Assembly (NCBI GenBank): GCA_964602985.1
Contig: CAZRTJ010000014.1
Span: 33,356 to 97,355, forward strand
From: an uncultured Bacteroidota bacterium
Lineage (GTDB): Bacteria > CLD3 > SB21
DNA: 64,000 nucleotides
Direction: 5' to 3'
This document shows, in pieces, positions 19,986-28,690 of the stretch. Position numbers and translations under genes: made by a program. Within the stretch, counting starts at the first letter, position 1; every line of letters starts with the position of its first letter. The notes beneath the pieces are model-generated. The model saw nothing but the letters and a program-made list of their open reading frames with translations. It did not search any database and had not been told where the DNA came from.

Positions 19986-20872
19986 ATCTAAACGAAACGA
20001 TTTTGTGGACGGCGGTGATCACGCCGCTCGATCGCGAAGGCCGCGTCGATGTTCACTCACTCGAAACGCTCCTGCGTCAGCAGGAAAGCGCCCGTAACGG
20101 AATTCTCATGCTCGGCAGCACCGGCGAGGCGTTGAATCTGGATGCGGCGGAGCGCAATCAGATTCTGGACTTCACGCAGTCGCTCGGCTTGCAGGTTCCG
20201 ATCATGGTCGGCGTCGGCGGAATTCACATGCCGGATACCCTTGCGTGGGTGCGCTCGTTGGAATCGCGTCCGGTCCACGCGTACCTGCTCGTGACGCCGC
20301 TCTACGCGAAGCCCGGGCGGCATGGACAGACGGCGTGGTTTCAACAGTTGCTCGATGCGTCGACGCGACCGTGTATGATTTATAATATCCCGTCCCGAAC
20401 GGGAAAGGCGCTCGAGCACGAGACCGTGAAAGATCTCCAGTCGCATCCGCGATTCTGGGCAATCAAAGAAGCCTCCGGATCGGAACAGGAATTTTCCAAA
20501 TACCGCGCCGAAGCGCCACGCGCCCTGATGATGAGCGGCGACGACGCATTGACGCCCGCCTTCGGACGTCTCGGCGCCAACGGCCTCGTGTCCGTCGCCA
20601 GCAACGTTTGGCCCGAAGCCGCCCAACGGATCACCCGGCTCTCCATCGAGAAGAAATTGTCAACCGAAGACGAAACGATGTGGAAGGAATGTTCGAACGC
20701 GCTCTTCCTCGCCAGCAATCCCGTGCCGGTGAAACGTCTGATGGCGGAACTCGGCATCATCGCGACGGCGGAAACGCGATTGCCCTTGTCCGCACGCGAT
20801 CTGGAATCTGCAGAACGTCTGCTGGAAGCGCACCGACGCGTCACGGCCTGGTACGAAAGGAATCGCGGATGA
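19982..20872 (+). CDS. dapA: 4-hydroxy-tetrahydrodipicolinate synthase
   Basis: ATGA overlap with dapB. TAVITPLDREG...MLGSTGEALNL...YNIPSRTG matches the DapA/DHDPS family. Confidence 0.9.
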   Translation: MNLNETILWTAVITPLDREGRVDVHSLETLLRQQESARNGILMLGSTGEALNLDAAERNQILDFTQSLGLQVPIMVGVGGIHMPDTLAWVRSLESRPVHAYLLVTPLYAKPGRHGQTAWFQQLLDASTRPCMIYNIPSRTGKALEHETVKDLQSHPRFWAIKEASGSEQEFSKYRAEAPRALMMSGDDALTPAFGRLGANGLVSVASNVWPEAAQRITRLSIEKKLSTEDETMWKECSNALFLASNPVPVKRLMAELGIIATAETRLPLSARDLESAERLLEAHRRVTAWYERNRG

Positions 20873-21603
20873 GTTCGGTCCTCGATCAACTGGAAGCCGG
20901 AACGGTCCGCGCCGCGACGCTTGTCGATGGAGAGTGGCGCGCCAACATCGACGTCAAGAACGCGATCCTCGCCGCTTTCAAAGAGGGACGATTGACCGAC
21001 TACCACGGCTTCGTGGACAAAGAAAATCTGTTGCCGCAGACGTTCGATGTCCCGCGCGGCGTGCGCGTCGTACCCGGCGGCACGTCGATCCGTCGCGGTG
21101 CGTTCATCGCCAAAGGCGTGATCGTCATGCCTCCCGCCTACGTCAACGTCGGCGCGTATGTAGACGAAGGCACGATGATCGACAGTCACGTGCTCGTCGG
21201 CAGCTGCGCGCAGATCGGACGGCGCGTTCATCTCTCCGCGGGCGTACAGATCGGCGGCGTACTCGAACCCGTCGGACTCAATCCCGTGGTCATCGAGGAC
21301 GACGTCTTCGTGGGCGCAGGGAGTGTCATCGTCGAGGGGATCGTGGTGAAACGACGTGCCGTCCTTGCGCCGGGCGTGATGTTGAGCAAGTCCGTGCCCG
21401 TCTATGACTGCGTACACGAACGCATCTTGCCCAAAGGTTCTGCCATTCCTGAACACGCCGTCGTCGTGTCCGGCACGCGGCCGGTCCATCCGCAACTGAC
21501 GTGGGCCGCGTCGCAGGGCCTTCAACTGCGCTGTGCCCTGATCATCAAATACCGCGACGAAAAGTCCGACGCATCCCTCGTTCTGGAAGAATCGCTCCGA
21601 TGA
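20869..21603 (+). CDS. dapD: 2,3,4,5-tetrahydropyridine-2,6-dicarboxylate N-acyltransferase (succinyltransferase-type, hexapeptide repeats)
   Basis: ATGA overlap with dapA. Left-handed beta-helix hexapeptide repeats (GAYVDEGTMIDSHVLVGSCAQIGRRVHLSAGVQIGG) and operon context. Confidence 0.8.
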   Translation: MSSVLDQLEAGTVRAATLVDGEWRANIDVKNAILAAFKEGRLTDYHGFVDKENLLPQTFDVPRGVRVVPGGTSIRRGAFIAKGVIVMPPAYVNVGAYVDEGTMIDSHVLVGSCAQIGRRVHLSAGVQIGGVLEPVGLNPVVIEDDVFVGAGSVIVEGIVVKRRAVLAPGVMLSKSVPVYDCVHERILPKGSAIPEHAVVVSGTRPVHPQLTWAASQGLQLRCALIIKYRDEKSDASLVLEESLR

Positions 21604-22805
21604 CGTTTCAGCTCTCTGCGCCGCACCGCCGCTTGTGCGAGCAGGCCGCCGAGACGGTGGACAGTCCGTTTTTTGTTTATGATCTCGACGGATTCGACCG
21701 GCGGATTCGCGAATGGACCGCTCTCGTACCGTCGACGTGGCAACTGTGGTACGCCTGCAAGGCCAATCCGCTGTCGTCCATTCTCGCTGTCGTACGCCGC
21801 CACGGATTCGGCATCGACGTCGCCAGTATCGGCGAATTCGAACAGTCCATTACGTGCGGTTTTGAAACAACGATTGCGACGGGTCCTGCGAAAACCGAAT
21901 CGTATCTGCGACGGCTGATCGCCAGCGGCGTCCACACCGTCGTACTCGAGAGTCGTGCGCAGGCCAGGACGCTGAACGAGGTCGCTCGTGCGATGAATCG
22001 GCGCGTATCGGCGCTGATCCGTGTGCAACTCGTCTGGGAATCGGGCGAGAGCCTGCTCGGCGGAAAAAATGTCACAGCATTTGGCGAAGAGGCCGACGTG
22101 TGGCGAACACTGGATGTCTCTGCATGGACGCACGTGGACATTCGCGGCATGCACGTCTTTCAGTGGAGCAACGTTTCCGACCTGTCGGCACTCGCGTCGA
22201 TCTGGAATCACACTGCCGATCAATGTCGAAAGCTGGCGCGGGACATGATGTGCCCGCTGGATGTCCTGGATGTCGGCGGCGGTGTTGGAATTCCGTACAA
22301 CGCAGATCAGAATGAAATTTCGTTCGCGTCGGTCGTCGCAGAGTTGGAGATGATTCGGCGGAGGCACTCCATTCCTCAGATCTGGATGGAAATTGGCCGC
22401 TACGCCATCGGACCGCACGGCCGGTATCTCACCCGCGTCGTTGATCGCAAGAACGTTCGCGGTCGCGAACTGCTCGTGTTGGAAGGTGGGATGAATCATA
22501 TCGCCCGGCCGGTATTGACGGGCGAGACATTTCCGGCAGATCTTCTGCGTGGATCGTCGGCAGAGAGCCGAACGTTTCAATTACACGGACCTCTGTGTAC
22601 GGCTCTCGATTGTCTCGGCACGCATTCCCTGCCCGCGGACACGGCCATCGGAGATTGGATTGTCTTTCATCAGGCGGGCGCATACGGATTCACGGAGTCG
22701 ATGCCGCATTTCCTCTGCCACCCTCAGGCCGCGGAAATCGTGATTGAAAACGAACAAACGAGGATCGTTCGCCCGCCCGCTTCACCACGAGATTGGATGA
22801 AATGA
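21600..22805 (+). CDS. lysA: diaminopimelate decarboxylase (PLP-dependent Orn/DAP/Arg decarboxylase fold)
   Basis: ATGA overlap with dapD. FFVYDLDGFDRRIREW...YACKAN (Lys-PLP site) and C-terminal beta-barrel motifs. Last biosynthetic step fits the context. Confidence 0.8.
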   Translation: MTFQLSAPHRRLCEQAAETVDSPFFVYDLDGFDRRIREWTALVPSTWQLWYACKANPLSSILAVVRRHGFGIDVASIGEFEQSITCGFETTIATGPAKTESYLRRLIASGVHTVVLESRAQARTLNEVARAMNRRVSALIRVQLVWESGESLLGGKNVTAFGEEADVWRTLDVSAWTHVDIRGMHVFQWSNVSDLSALASIWNHTADQCRKLARDMMCPLDVLDVGGGVGIPYNADQNEISFASVVAELEMIRRRHSIPQIWMEIGRYAIGPHGRYLTRVVDRKNVRGRELLVLEGGMNHIARPVLTGETFPADLLRGSSAESRTFQLHGPLCTALDCLGTHSLPADTAIGDWIVFHQAGAYGFTESMPHFLCHPQAAEIVIENEQTRIVRPPASPRDWMK

Positions 22806-23941
22806 AAAACGAAATTCACATCCAGACCCTCCCCATCAAACAACTGCCCAACGGCGATGCGCTGAACGTGCGCGCATATTCGATTCGTGGAAATACGCCC
22901 GGACTCCACGTGCACATTCAGGCCTCCGTTCACGGCGGCGAGCATCAGGGCAATGTCGTCATTCATGAGTTGATGAAATATTTTTCCGAACAGGATTTTT
23001 CCGGATCGGTCACGTTCGTTCCCGCCGCCAATCCGCAGGCGATGAATGTAAAACTCGGCTCGTCGACGCTTGGCCGATTCAATCCGATGACGGGACACAA
23101 TTGGAACCGTTCGTTCCTGAATCTCACGCAATTGCCCCAGGGTCAAACGGGTCTGGACATCGCGCAATTTGCCTCTGCACATCGCGACAAAACGATGGAC
23201 GACATCCGGTCGAGCTTCAAACAGGAAATCGCCGGCGCTCTGGCGCGATGCGAACAAACGGTTTTTTCGCGCGGCCCCGAAGAGAACGGCTGGCTCCAGC
23301 ATCACCTGCAACGACTCGCCGCACCTGCGGACATCGTGCTCGATCTGCACACCGGACCGGCCGCCTGCCGATACCTGTTTGCGCCGGAATACGCGCGTGA
23401 GTCGGCGCGAATGTTTCAGTCTGACGTCACGCTCCTCATTCCGCATGTCTTTGCCGGCGCGATGGATGAAGCGTGCTTCATGCCGTGGGTGACTTTGCAC
23501 GAGGCGCTCCGAACACACGGCCGGGACGAACCGATTCATTTTGAATCGTTCACCGTCGAACTCGGCGGTGAAGAGCGGATCTCCTTTGACGAGGCGCAAC
23601 AGGATGCGGCTCGAATTCTGAACTACCTCGCCCATCGCGGCGTCGTGTCCGGGCGGTTCGATGGCTCGTCGAAACTCCGCTATGCGGGATTTCTAAAAGA
23701 CTACCGCACATACTTTTCTCCGTACGGCGGACTGGTGGAATTTCTGGCGCGTCCGGGTCGGATGGTTCGGAAGGGAGAGACGACGGCGCAATTTCTACTC
23801 ACCGATCGCATGCACGGAGCGGACAGCGTGATCCCCTATCGCGCGCCCCGAGACATGGTTTTGGTGACGCATTTTCCCTCCGCGGCAATTTCTCAGGGCG
23901 CGGAGATGTTTTACGCGCTGGAGGAGTTTTTTGAATTTTGA
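22802..23941 (+). CDS. succinylglutamate desuccinylase/aspartoacylase (AstE/AspA) family zinc hydrolase; candidate N-succinyl-LL-DAP desuccinylase
   Basis: ATG at 22802 overlaps the lysA stop (ATGA). Zinc-binding HGGEH motif and family-like architecture (HVHIQASVHGGEHQGN). Confidence 0.7.
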   Translation: MKNEIHIQTLPIKQLPNGDALNVRAYSIRGNTPGLHVHIQASVHGGEHQGNVVIHELMKYFSEQDFSGSVTFVPAANPQAMNVKLGSSTLGRFNPMTGHNWNRSFLNLTQLPQGQTGLDIAQFASAHRDKTMDDIRSSFKQEIAGALARCEQTVFSRGPEENGWLQHHLQRLAAPADIVLDLHTGPAACRYLFAPEYARESARMFQSDVTLLIPHVFAGAMDEACFMPWVTLHEALRTHGRDEPIHFESFTVELGGEERISFDEAQQDAARILNYLAHRGVVSGRFDGSSKLRYAGFLKDYRTYFSPYGGLVEFLARPGRMVRKGETTAQFLLTDRMHGADSVIPYRAPRDMVLVTHFPSAAISQGAEMFYALEEFFEF

Positions 23942-24651
23942 GTGACTGCGTCCGGGATATCCGCGACGAAAGCGGGTCCGCGAATCGCCGTTTATATGTG
24001 CGGACGCGGCCTGCGACTTGGTGTTTCCCCCGCTTTCTTAATATTCATCGAATAGCTGGAGGAGTGTCAGGCTGACAAGCGCTTCCAACTGGCGCCCGGG
24101 GTGTTGCTTCAATGGCAGATTGAATTGGAAACCCCCCAAAAAAAACGGTTTGTTGGAACGTTCGTATTTTCTCTCTGCTCTTTCTTTTGCCAACGCGGCA
24201 AAAGAAAGAGCCAAAGAAAAGCGCTGGCGGCTTGCGAAAAAATGCCTGAACTCTCCTTCGCGCCGCGGCGCGGAAAAAACTCCTCGTCCCGACCAAGACA
24301 AATACTGTCGGGACTCGTCAGACAGTTTTCCGCGCTCTTCGCGTCGCTCATTCGAGTTCCGGGCGGCATTTTTCCGCAGGCCGGGGAAGACGGTGTTCTT
24401 CGTGGCCTCCGCTGGCGCCGTTGTCACGACCGAAGGCTGATCCGCCTTTGTTCACTTGGTTCTTTCTGGCGCCTGCCCTGCTGGCGAGCGGGGCGTCAAG
24501 AGAAACAATAGAAGAGAACAACGCGGTTAAGCCGCTTACTTCCAATGTCCAAATTCGCACCGGACAGGCAAACGGAATCAGTTTATCCATGTCCGTAGTT
24601 TGCAGTTGTGGTATGATCGACGCATATTTTTGCATTGAGAACGGAAATTCC

Positions 24652-24858
24652 ATGATCTTTACGATAACCATTACGCGCGACGAAGACGGCGTCTACATTT
24701 CTGAATGTCCAGCCATCCCCGGTTGCATTAGCCAGGGAAAGACCGAGGCTGAGGCCCAACAAAACATCCAAGATGCCATTAGACAATGCCTCGCAGTTCG
24801 AAACGAAATGGGAATGCCCCTTACCATTGCCACAAAGCAAGTCGAAGTCGCGGTATAA
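24652..24858 (+). CDS. hicB: HicB-family antitoxin (type II TA)
   Basis: MIFTITITRDEDGVYISECPAIPGCISQGKTEAEAQQNIQDAI is the classic HicB/UPF0150 fold; immediately followed by hicA. Confidence 0.6.
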   Translation: MIFTITITRDEDGVYISECPAIPGCISQGKTEAEAQQNIQDAIRQCLAVRNEMGMPLTIATKQVEVAV

Positions 24859-25083
24859 ATGCCGCCCATCCCGGTTCTCCGGCCCAAAATAGTCATCAAG
24901 ACATGTGAACAATTTGGATAGTCTGTCGTTCGGCAATCCGGAAGTCATATTATCCTCACAAAACCCGGCCACATTGCAACATTGTCTGTTCCCAATCACG
25001 ACGAAGTTGCGCGTGGGACCTTGCGCGCGTTGATATCCAAAGCAGGATTTACCGTCGACGAGTTCATCGAAGCCTCCAAGTGA
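24859..25083 (+). pseudogene. hicA: hicA toxin gene interrupted by an in-frame amber codon at 24919-24921
   Basis: Single frame reads MPPIPVLRPKIVIKTCEQFG*SVVRQSGSHIILTKPGHIATLSVPNHDEVARGTLRALISKAGFTVDEFIEASK. Apart from the TAG at codon 21 (where HicA normally has an aromatic, F/Y/W), this matches the HicA consensus (R.SGSH..L..P......VP.H.E...GTLR.I...AG). Confidence 0.7.
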
Positions 25084-25260
25084 TCAGTCCAAGTCTGCCC
25101 GGACAAAACCCTTTCACTCCACCAAGTATCGTTAACTCAAATCATTCCCACACTCATCCCAAATCAGACCCAAGAATTTCGAGAGGCGCCGGCAGATTGA
25201 ACGCTTGACTATGGTCGAATGCATGTATACTTTTATCGTATACGCTAAGACTGGGATCAT

Positions 25261-25557
25261 GTGATCGATATTGAAGGGATCGAGGGCTTCGATTGGGACG
25301 ATGGAAACATCAGTAAGAATTGGGACTCTCACAAAGTCACTCATCTTGAGGCCGAACAGGTCTTTTTCAATGATCCGTTCCTCATCGCTTATGACCGAGA
25401 ACATTCGCAGCGAGAGGAGCGCTTTGCCGGACTTGGTAAAACGGATTCTGAACGTTTGCTATTTGTGATTTTCACCATCCGGGACAAAATGATCCGAGTC
25501 ATCTCCGTTCGTGACATGTCGCGAAAAGAAAGAAAGGCTTATCATGAAAAGACGTAA
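25261..25557 (+). CDS. brnT: BrnT-family ribonuclease toxin (DUF497)
   Basis: FDWDDGNISKNWDSHKVTHLEAEQVFFNDP matches the BrnT signature. Confidence 0.75.
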   Translation: MIDIEGIEGFDWDDGNISKNWDSHKVTHLEAEQVFFNDPFLIAYDREHSQREERFAGLGKTDSERLLFVIFTIRDKMIRVISVRDMSRKERKAYHEKT

Positions 25558-25813
25558 ATCCATCCCCCGATTCAAATCAGAAGATAAGGAACGGGCTTTC
25601 TGGGACAAACATGATTCCACCGACTATATTGACTGGTCGAAGGCAAAAAAGGCCAAATTTCCAAATCTGAAGCCTTCGAGACGATCCATTTCCTTACGAT
25701 TGCCCGAATCGATGATTAACGATCTTAAAATACTGGCGAATCAACGCGACGTCCCATACCAATCCCTTCTGAAGATGCTCCTGGCGGAGAAAATTAAGGA
25801 AGAAATGGCATAG
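25544..25813 (+). CDS. brnA: BrnA-family antitoxin (RHH/CopG-like)
   Basis: Overlaps brnT by 14 nt. FWDKHDSTDYIDWSKAKKA...ISLRLPESMINDLKILANQRDVPYQSLLKMLLAEKI is typical of BrnA. Confidence 0.7.
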   Translation: MKRRKSIPRFKSEDKERAFWDKHDSTDYIDWSKAKKAKFPNLKPSRRSISLRLPESMINDLKILANQRDVPYQSLLKMLLAEKIKEEMA

Positions 25814-25853
25814 TGGAATCGCTCACCGGCGCGCTCGGACTCGTGGACTATTC

Positions 25854-26812
25854 TTAAGCGTTCATCCGGAGTACGATGTTCCCGATCTTCTGACCGCTTG
25901 CCGCATAACGAAACGCTTCGGCAATTTCCCCCAGCGAAACAACCCGATCGATGACGGGCTTGAATTTCCCCCTGCTCAAAAGATCCGAGACGAACTTCAT
26001 ACTACGCGGGATATTGACCGGAACCGGAAACACGACCTTGCGGCTTCCGAAGATCCGCGTCGTGAGGGCAAGAAACGGATTTTCGTTGTGCGGCCCGAGC
26101 TCTGACGAGATGTACACGCCGCCTTTCACCAACAGCGGTTTGCACGCGGCAAAGGTGCTTTTGCCCACCGCATCGAAAACGAAATCATACGATCGGCCCG
26201 ATTTCGTGAAATCGTCTTTCGTAAAATCGATGATGTCGTCGGCGCCCAGCGATTGCACGAGATCTGCGTACGCTCCGGGACAAACCGCAGTCACCAATGC
26301 GCCCAGATGCTTTAGAAATTGCACGACTGCGGAACCGATGGCTCCGGTCGCCCCATTGACGAGCACGCGACAGCCCGTTCGGAGGTTGACCTTTGTGATG
26401 AAATTGTATGCGTAGTGCCCGCCTTCGATGCTCGAGGCCGCTTGTTCGAATGACATTCCGTCGGGAATTCTGTCGATGGCGTGATGTTCGGCGACCGTGA
26501 GAAATTCTGCGTGTGAGCGCGATCCTGTATCGTCAAACCCCCACACGTTGTCGCCGACTGTGAATCGCGTGACTTTATTTCCGACGGCTTCGACGACACC
26601 GGCGAAATCCGTTCCGGTCACCGGCACGCGCGGTTTCGGCCAACCGACCACGAGCTTCATGATCGCCGGCTTGCCGGTGAGAATCGCGCAATCGGTGCGA
26701 TTCACGGTTGTCGCGTGGACACGGACCAGCAATTCGTTCGGTTTGGGAACGGGTCGTGGGAGTTCCTCGATCCGGATGGGTTCCGTGTATGCGTAACGAA
26801 CGGCGGCTTTCA
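25854..26812 (-). CDS. zinc-type/MDR-family NAD(P)-dependent oxidoreductase (quinone oxidoreductase-like)
   Basis: MKAAVRYAYTEPIRIEELPRPVPKPNELLVRVHATTVNRTD...VLVNGATGAIGSAVVQFLK (Rossmann GxxGxxG). Confidence 0.8.
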
Positions 26813-27104
26813 TGGGTCTCGTCGGCTTTTTTTTAGATTTTATCAAATACGATGGGTAAAAGAAAGAGCGATACAATCCGACGCGGTTGCAACCGCGCCT
26901 CGGTGTCTTTGGAATTTTCTTTTTGACATGTGACGGCAAGTACTATGTTTCTGTGTTGCTTGCATAGCAAGGCTCTTGGGGAATGTCGCGAATACGATGT
27001 AACGATATATCCGATCGGGGTAGGGCTTTTCGGCGCTGGATGACAAATGCCGGACCCGGACTATTTCTTTTGTGAAGTGGAATCGGTAGAATACGGGTGG
27101 GTAA

Positions 27105-27824
27105 ATGAACTTAGCCCGCAGTGACCGAGAGGACGCATCGCCCGAAGTGGATCTGCCCATGAACTTCGTCAAATCCAAGCAACGTGTCGCCGACCACGGC
27201 GAAGTGTTCACCCCACCGTGGATGGTCGAGGCAATGCTCGACCTCGTGAAGGACGAGACGGAGCGGATAGATTCTCGCTTCCTTGAGCCTGCCTGTGGCA
27301 GTGGGAATTTTCTTGTGAAGATTCTCAGACGTAAGCTCGCCGCTGTCGAACTCAAATACGGCAACTCCGACTTTGAACGACAGCAATATTCCATGCTGGC
27401 TTTGATGTGCATCTACGGCATTGAGTTGCTGGAGGACAATATTGCAGAGTGCCGCTCGAATCTGCTGGAAATCCTGGCCGAATATCTGAACGTGGCTGAT
27501 TCTGATGAGACATACCATGCCGCTTCGTATGTATTGTCGCAGAATCTTGTTCACGGAGATGCTCTGAAGATGCGAACCCATGATGATCAGCCCATTACGT
27601 TTGCTGAGTGGGGTTACCTGGGCAAGGGCAAATTCCAGAGGCGCGACTTCCGCCTGGACGTTCTCACCCAATCGTCTGCTTACAGTGCGGAAGGTTCGCT
27701 TTTCGCCCATCTGGGCAAACACGAGATTTTCACGCCGACGAAGACCTATTCGCCGATGACGGTGAGTGAACTGGCAGCGTGCATGTTGCATCCAGGATCT
27801 GATGGGTCAGGAGGCGAGCGGTGA
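27105..27824 (+). CDS. degenerate gamma-class DNA methyltransferase-like protein (motif X FTPP and motif I EPACGSGNFL present, no NPPY/DPPY motif IV)
   Basis: HGEVFTPPWMVEAMLDL and LEPACGSGNFLVKIL align to the N-terminus of the 28611-30251 methyltransferase, but no catalytic tetrapeptide follows. Confidence 0.45.
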   Translation: MNLARSDREDASPEVDLPMNFVKSKQRVADHGEVFTPPWMVEAMLDLVKDETERIDSRFLEPACGSGNFLVKILRRKLAAVELKYGNSDFERQQYSMLALMCIYGIELLEDNIAECRSNLLEILAEYLNVADSDETYHAASYVLSQNLVHGDALKMRTHDDQPITFAEWGYLGKGKFQRRDFRLDVLTQSSAYSAEGSLFAHLGKHEIFTPTKTYSPMTVSELAACMLHPGSDGSGGER

Positions 27825-27971
27825 ACAAAAAAAATCAAAGAGTCTCACGCGAAAAGACGCGAAGGACGCGAAAATTTAGCCGGCGGGATCTCACGCGAAA
27901 AGACGCGGAGGTCGCGAAGAATTCCTCGGTCGTGTATCACGTGAGTTCGTGAAAAAGCATGTGGAGGTGAT

Positions 27972-28436
27972 ATGAATGTAGAAGAGGTTTCAGCCGTTGT
28001 CGTGGACCGCGCTTACCGACTGCATGTTGAACTCGGCCCTGGTTTGCTGGAGTCGGTTTACGAAACAGTCCTGGCCCGAGTTTTGTCTGAGCAAGGCCTC
28101 AAGGTCGAACGGCAAAAGGTGGTTGAGTTTGAATATCACGGTATCCACTTCAACGATGGACTACGAGTTGACCTGATGATCGATAATCAGTTGATCGTCG
28201 AATTGAAATCGGTCGAGACATTGGCTCCGGTTCACAGTAAGCAGTTGCTCACCTATCTGCGATTACTGCACATGCCGCTTGGATTGCTTATCAATTTCGG
28301 GGCCGTCACGTTCAAAGAGGGCTGCAAAAGAATTGTCAATCAACATAAAGACATCGCGTCTTCGCGACTTCGCGTGAACCAGGCCCAACAACAGAGCGCA
28401 CGCGAAGGCGCGCAGCGCGCGGAGGAGAAGGGATGA
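27972..28436 (+). CDS. GxxExxY protein (PD-(D/E)xK nuclease-like superfamily)
   Basis: GPGLLESVYE (GxxExxY), VERQKVVEFEYHG..VDLMID..LIVELKS is typical of the family. The C-terminal tail runs into the tandem duplication. Confidence 0.8.
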   Translation: MNVEEVSAVVVDRAYRLHVELGPGLLESVYETVLARVLSEQGLKVERQKVVEFEYHGIHFNDGLRVDLMIDNQLIVELKSVETLAPVHSKQLLTYLRLLHMPLGLLINFGAVTFKEGCKRIVNQHKDIASSRLRVNQAQQQSAREGAQRAEEKG

Positions 28437-28690
28437 AAAGCCATCTTCATCCGACCCGGTTATCTCCGCGTCTCCGCGTGAGACGTCGCAGGCACAATTC
28501 ACCCTGCGCGGTCGGAATCAACATAAAGACATCGCGTCTTCACGACTTCGCGTGAACCAGGCCCAACAACAGAGCGCACGCGAAGGCGCGAAGCGCGCGG
28601 AGGAGAAGGGATGAAAAAGCCATCTTCATCCGACCCGGTCTCCTCGCCCTCCACGTCTCCGCGTGAGACGTCGCAGGCACAATTCACCCT
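28338..28690. repeat. tandem direct duplication (2 x ~175 bp) spanning the GxxExxY 3' end and the methyltransferase start
   Basis: 28338-28500 and 28509-28690 are near-identical (TCAATCAACATAAAGACATCGCGTCTTC...GGATGAAAA(A)GCCATCTTCATCCGACCCGGT...CACCCTGCGCGG). Confidence 0.8.

Noticed and set aside
22724-23635. Long antisense ORFs opposite well-supported genes (also 20380-21525, 21522-22580, 53343-54317, 38466-39182, 16245-17063, 17361-17855, 61017-62159)
   Set aside because: High-GC mirror ORFs. The opposite-strand genes have strong family signatures (dapD, lysA, AstE-like, NadK-like, ydeI, PAS sensor), while the antisense products are Arg/Pro-rich and featureless.
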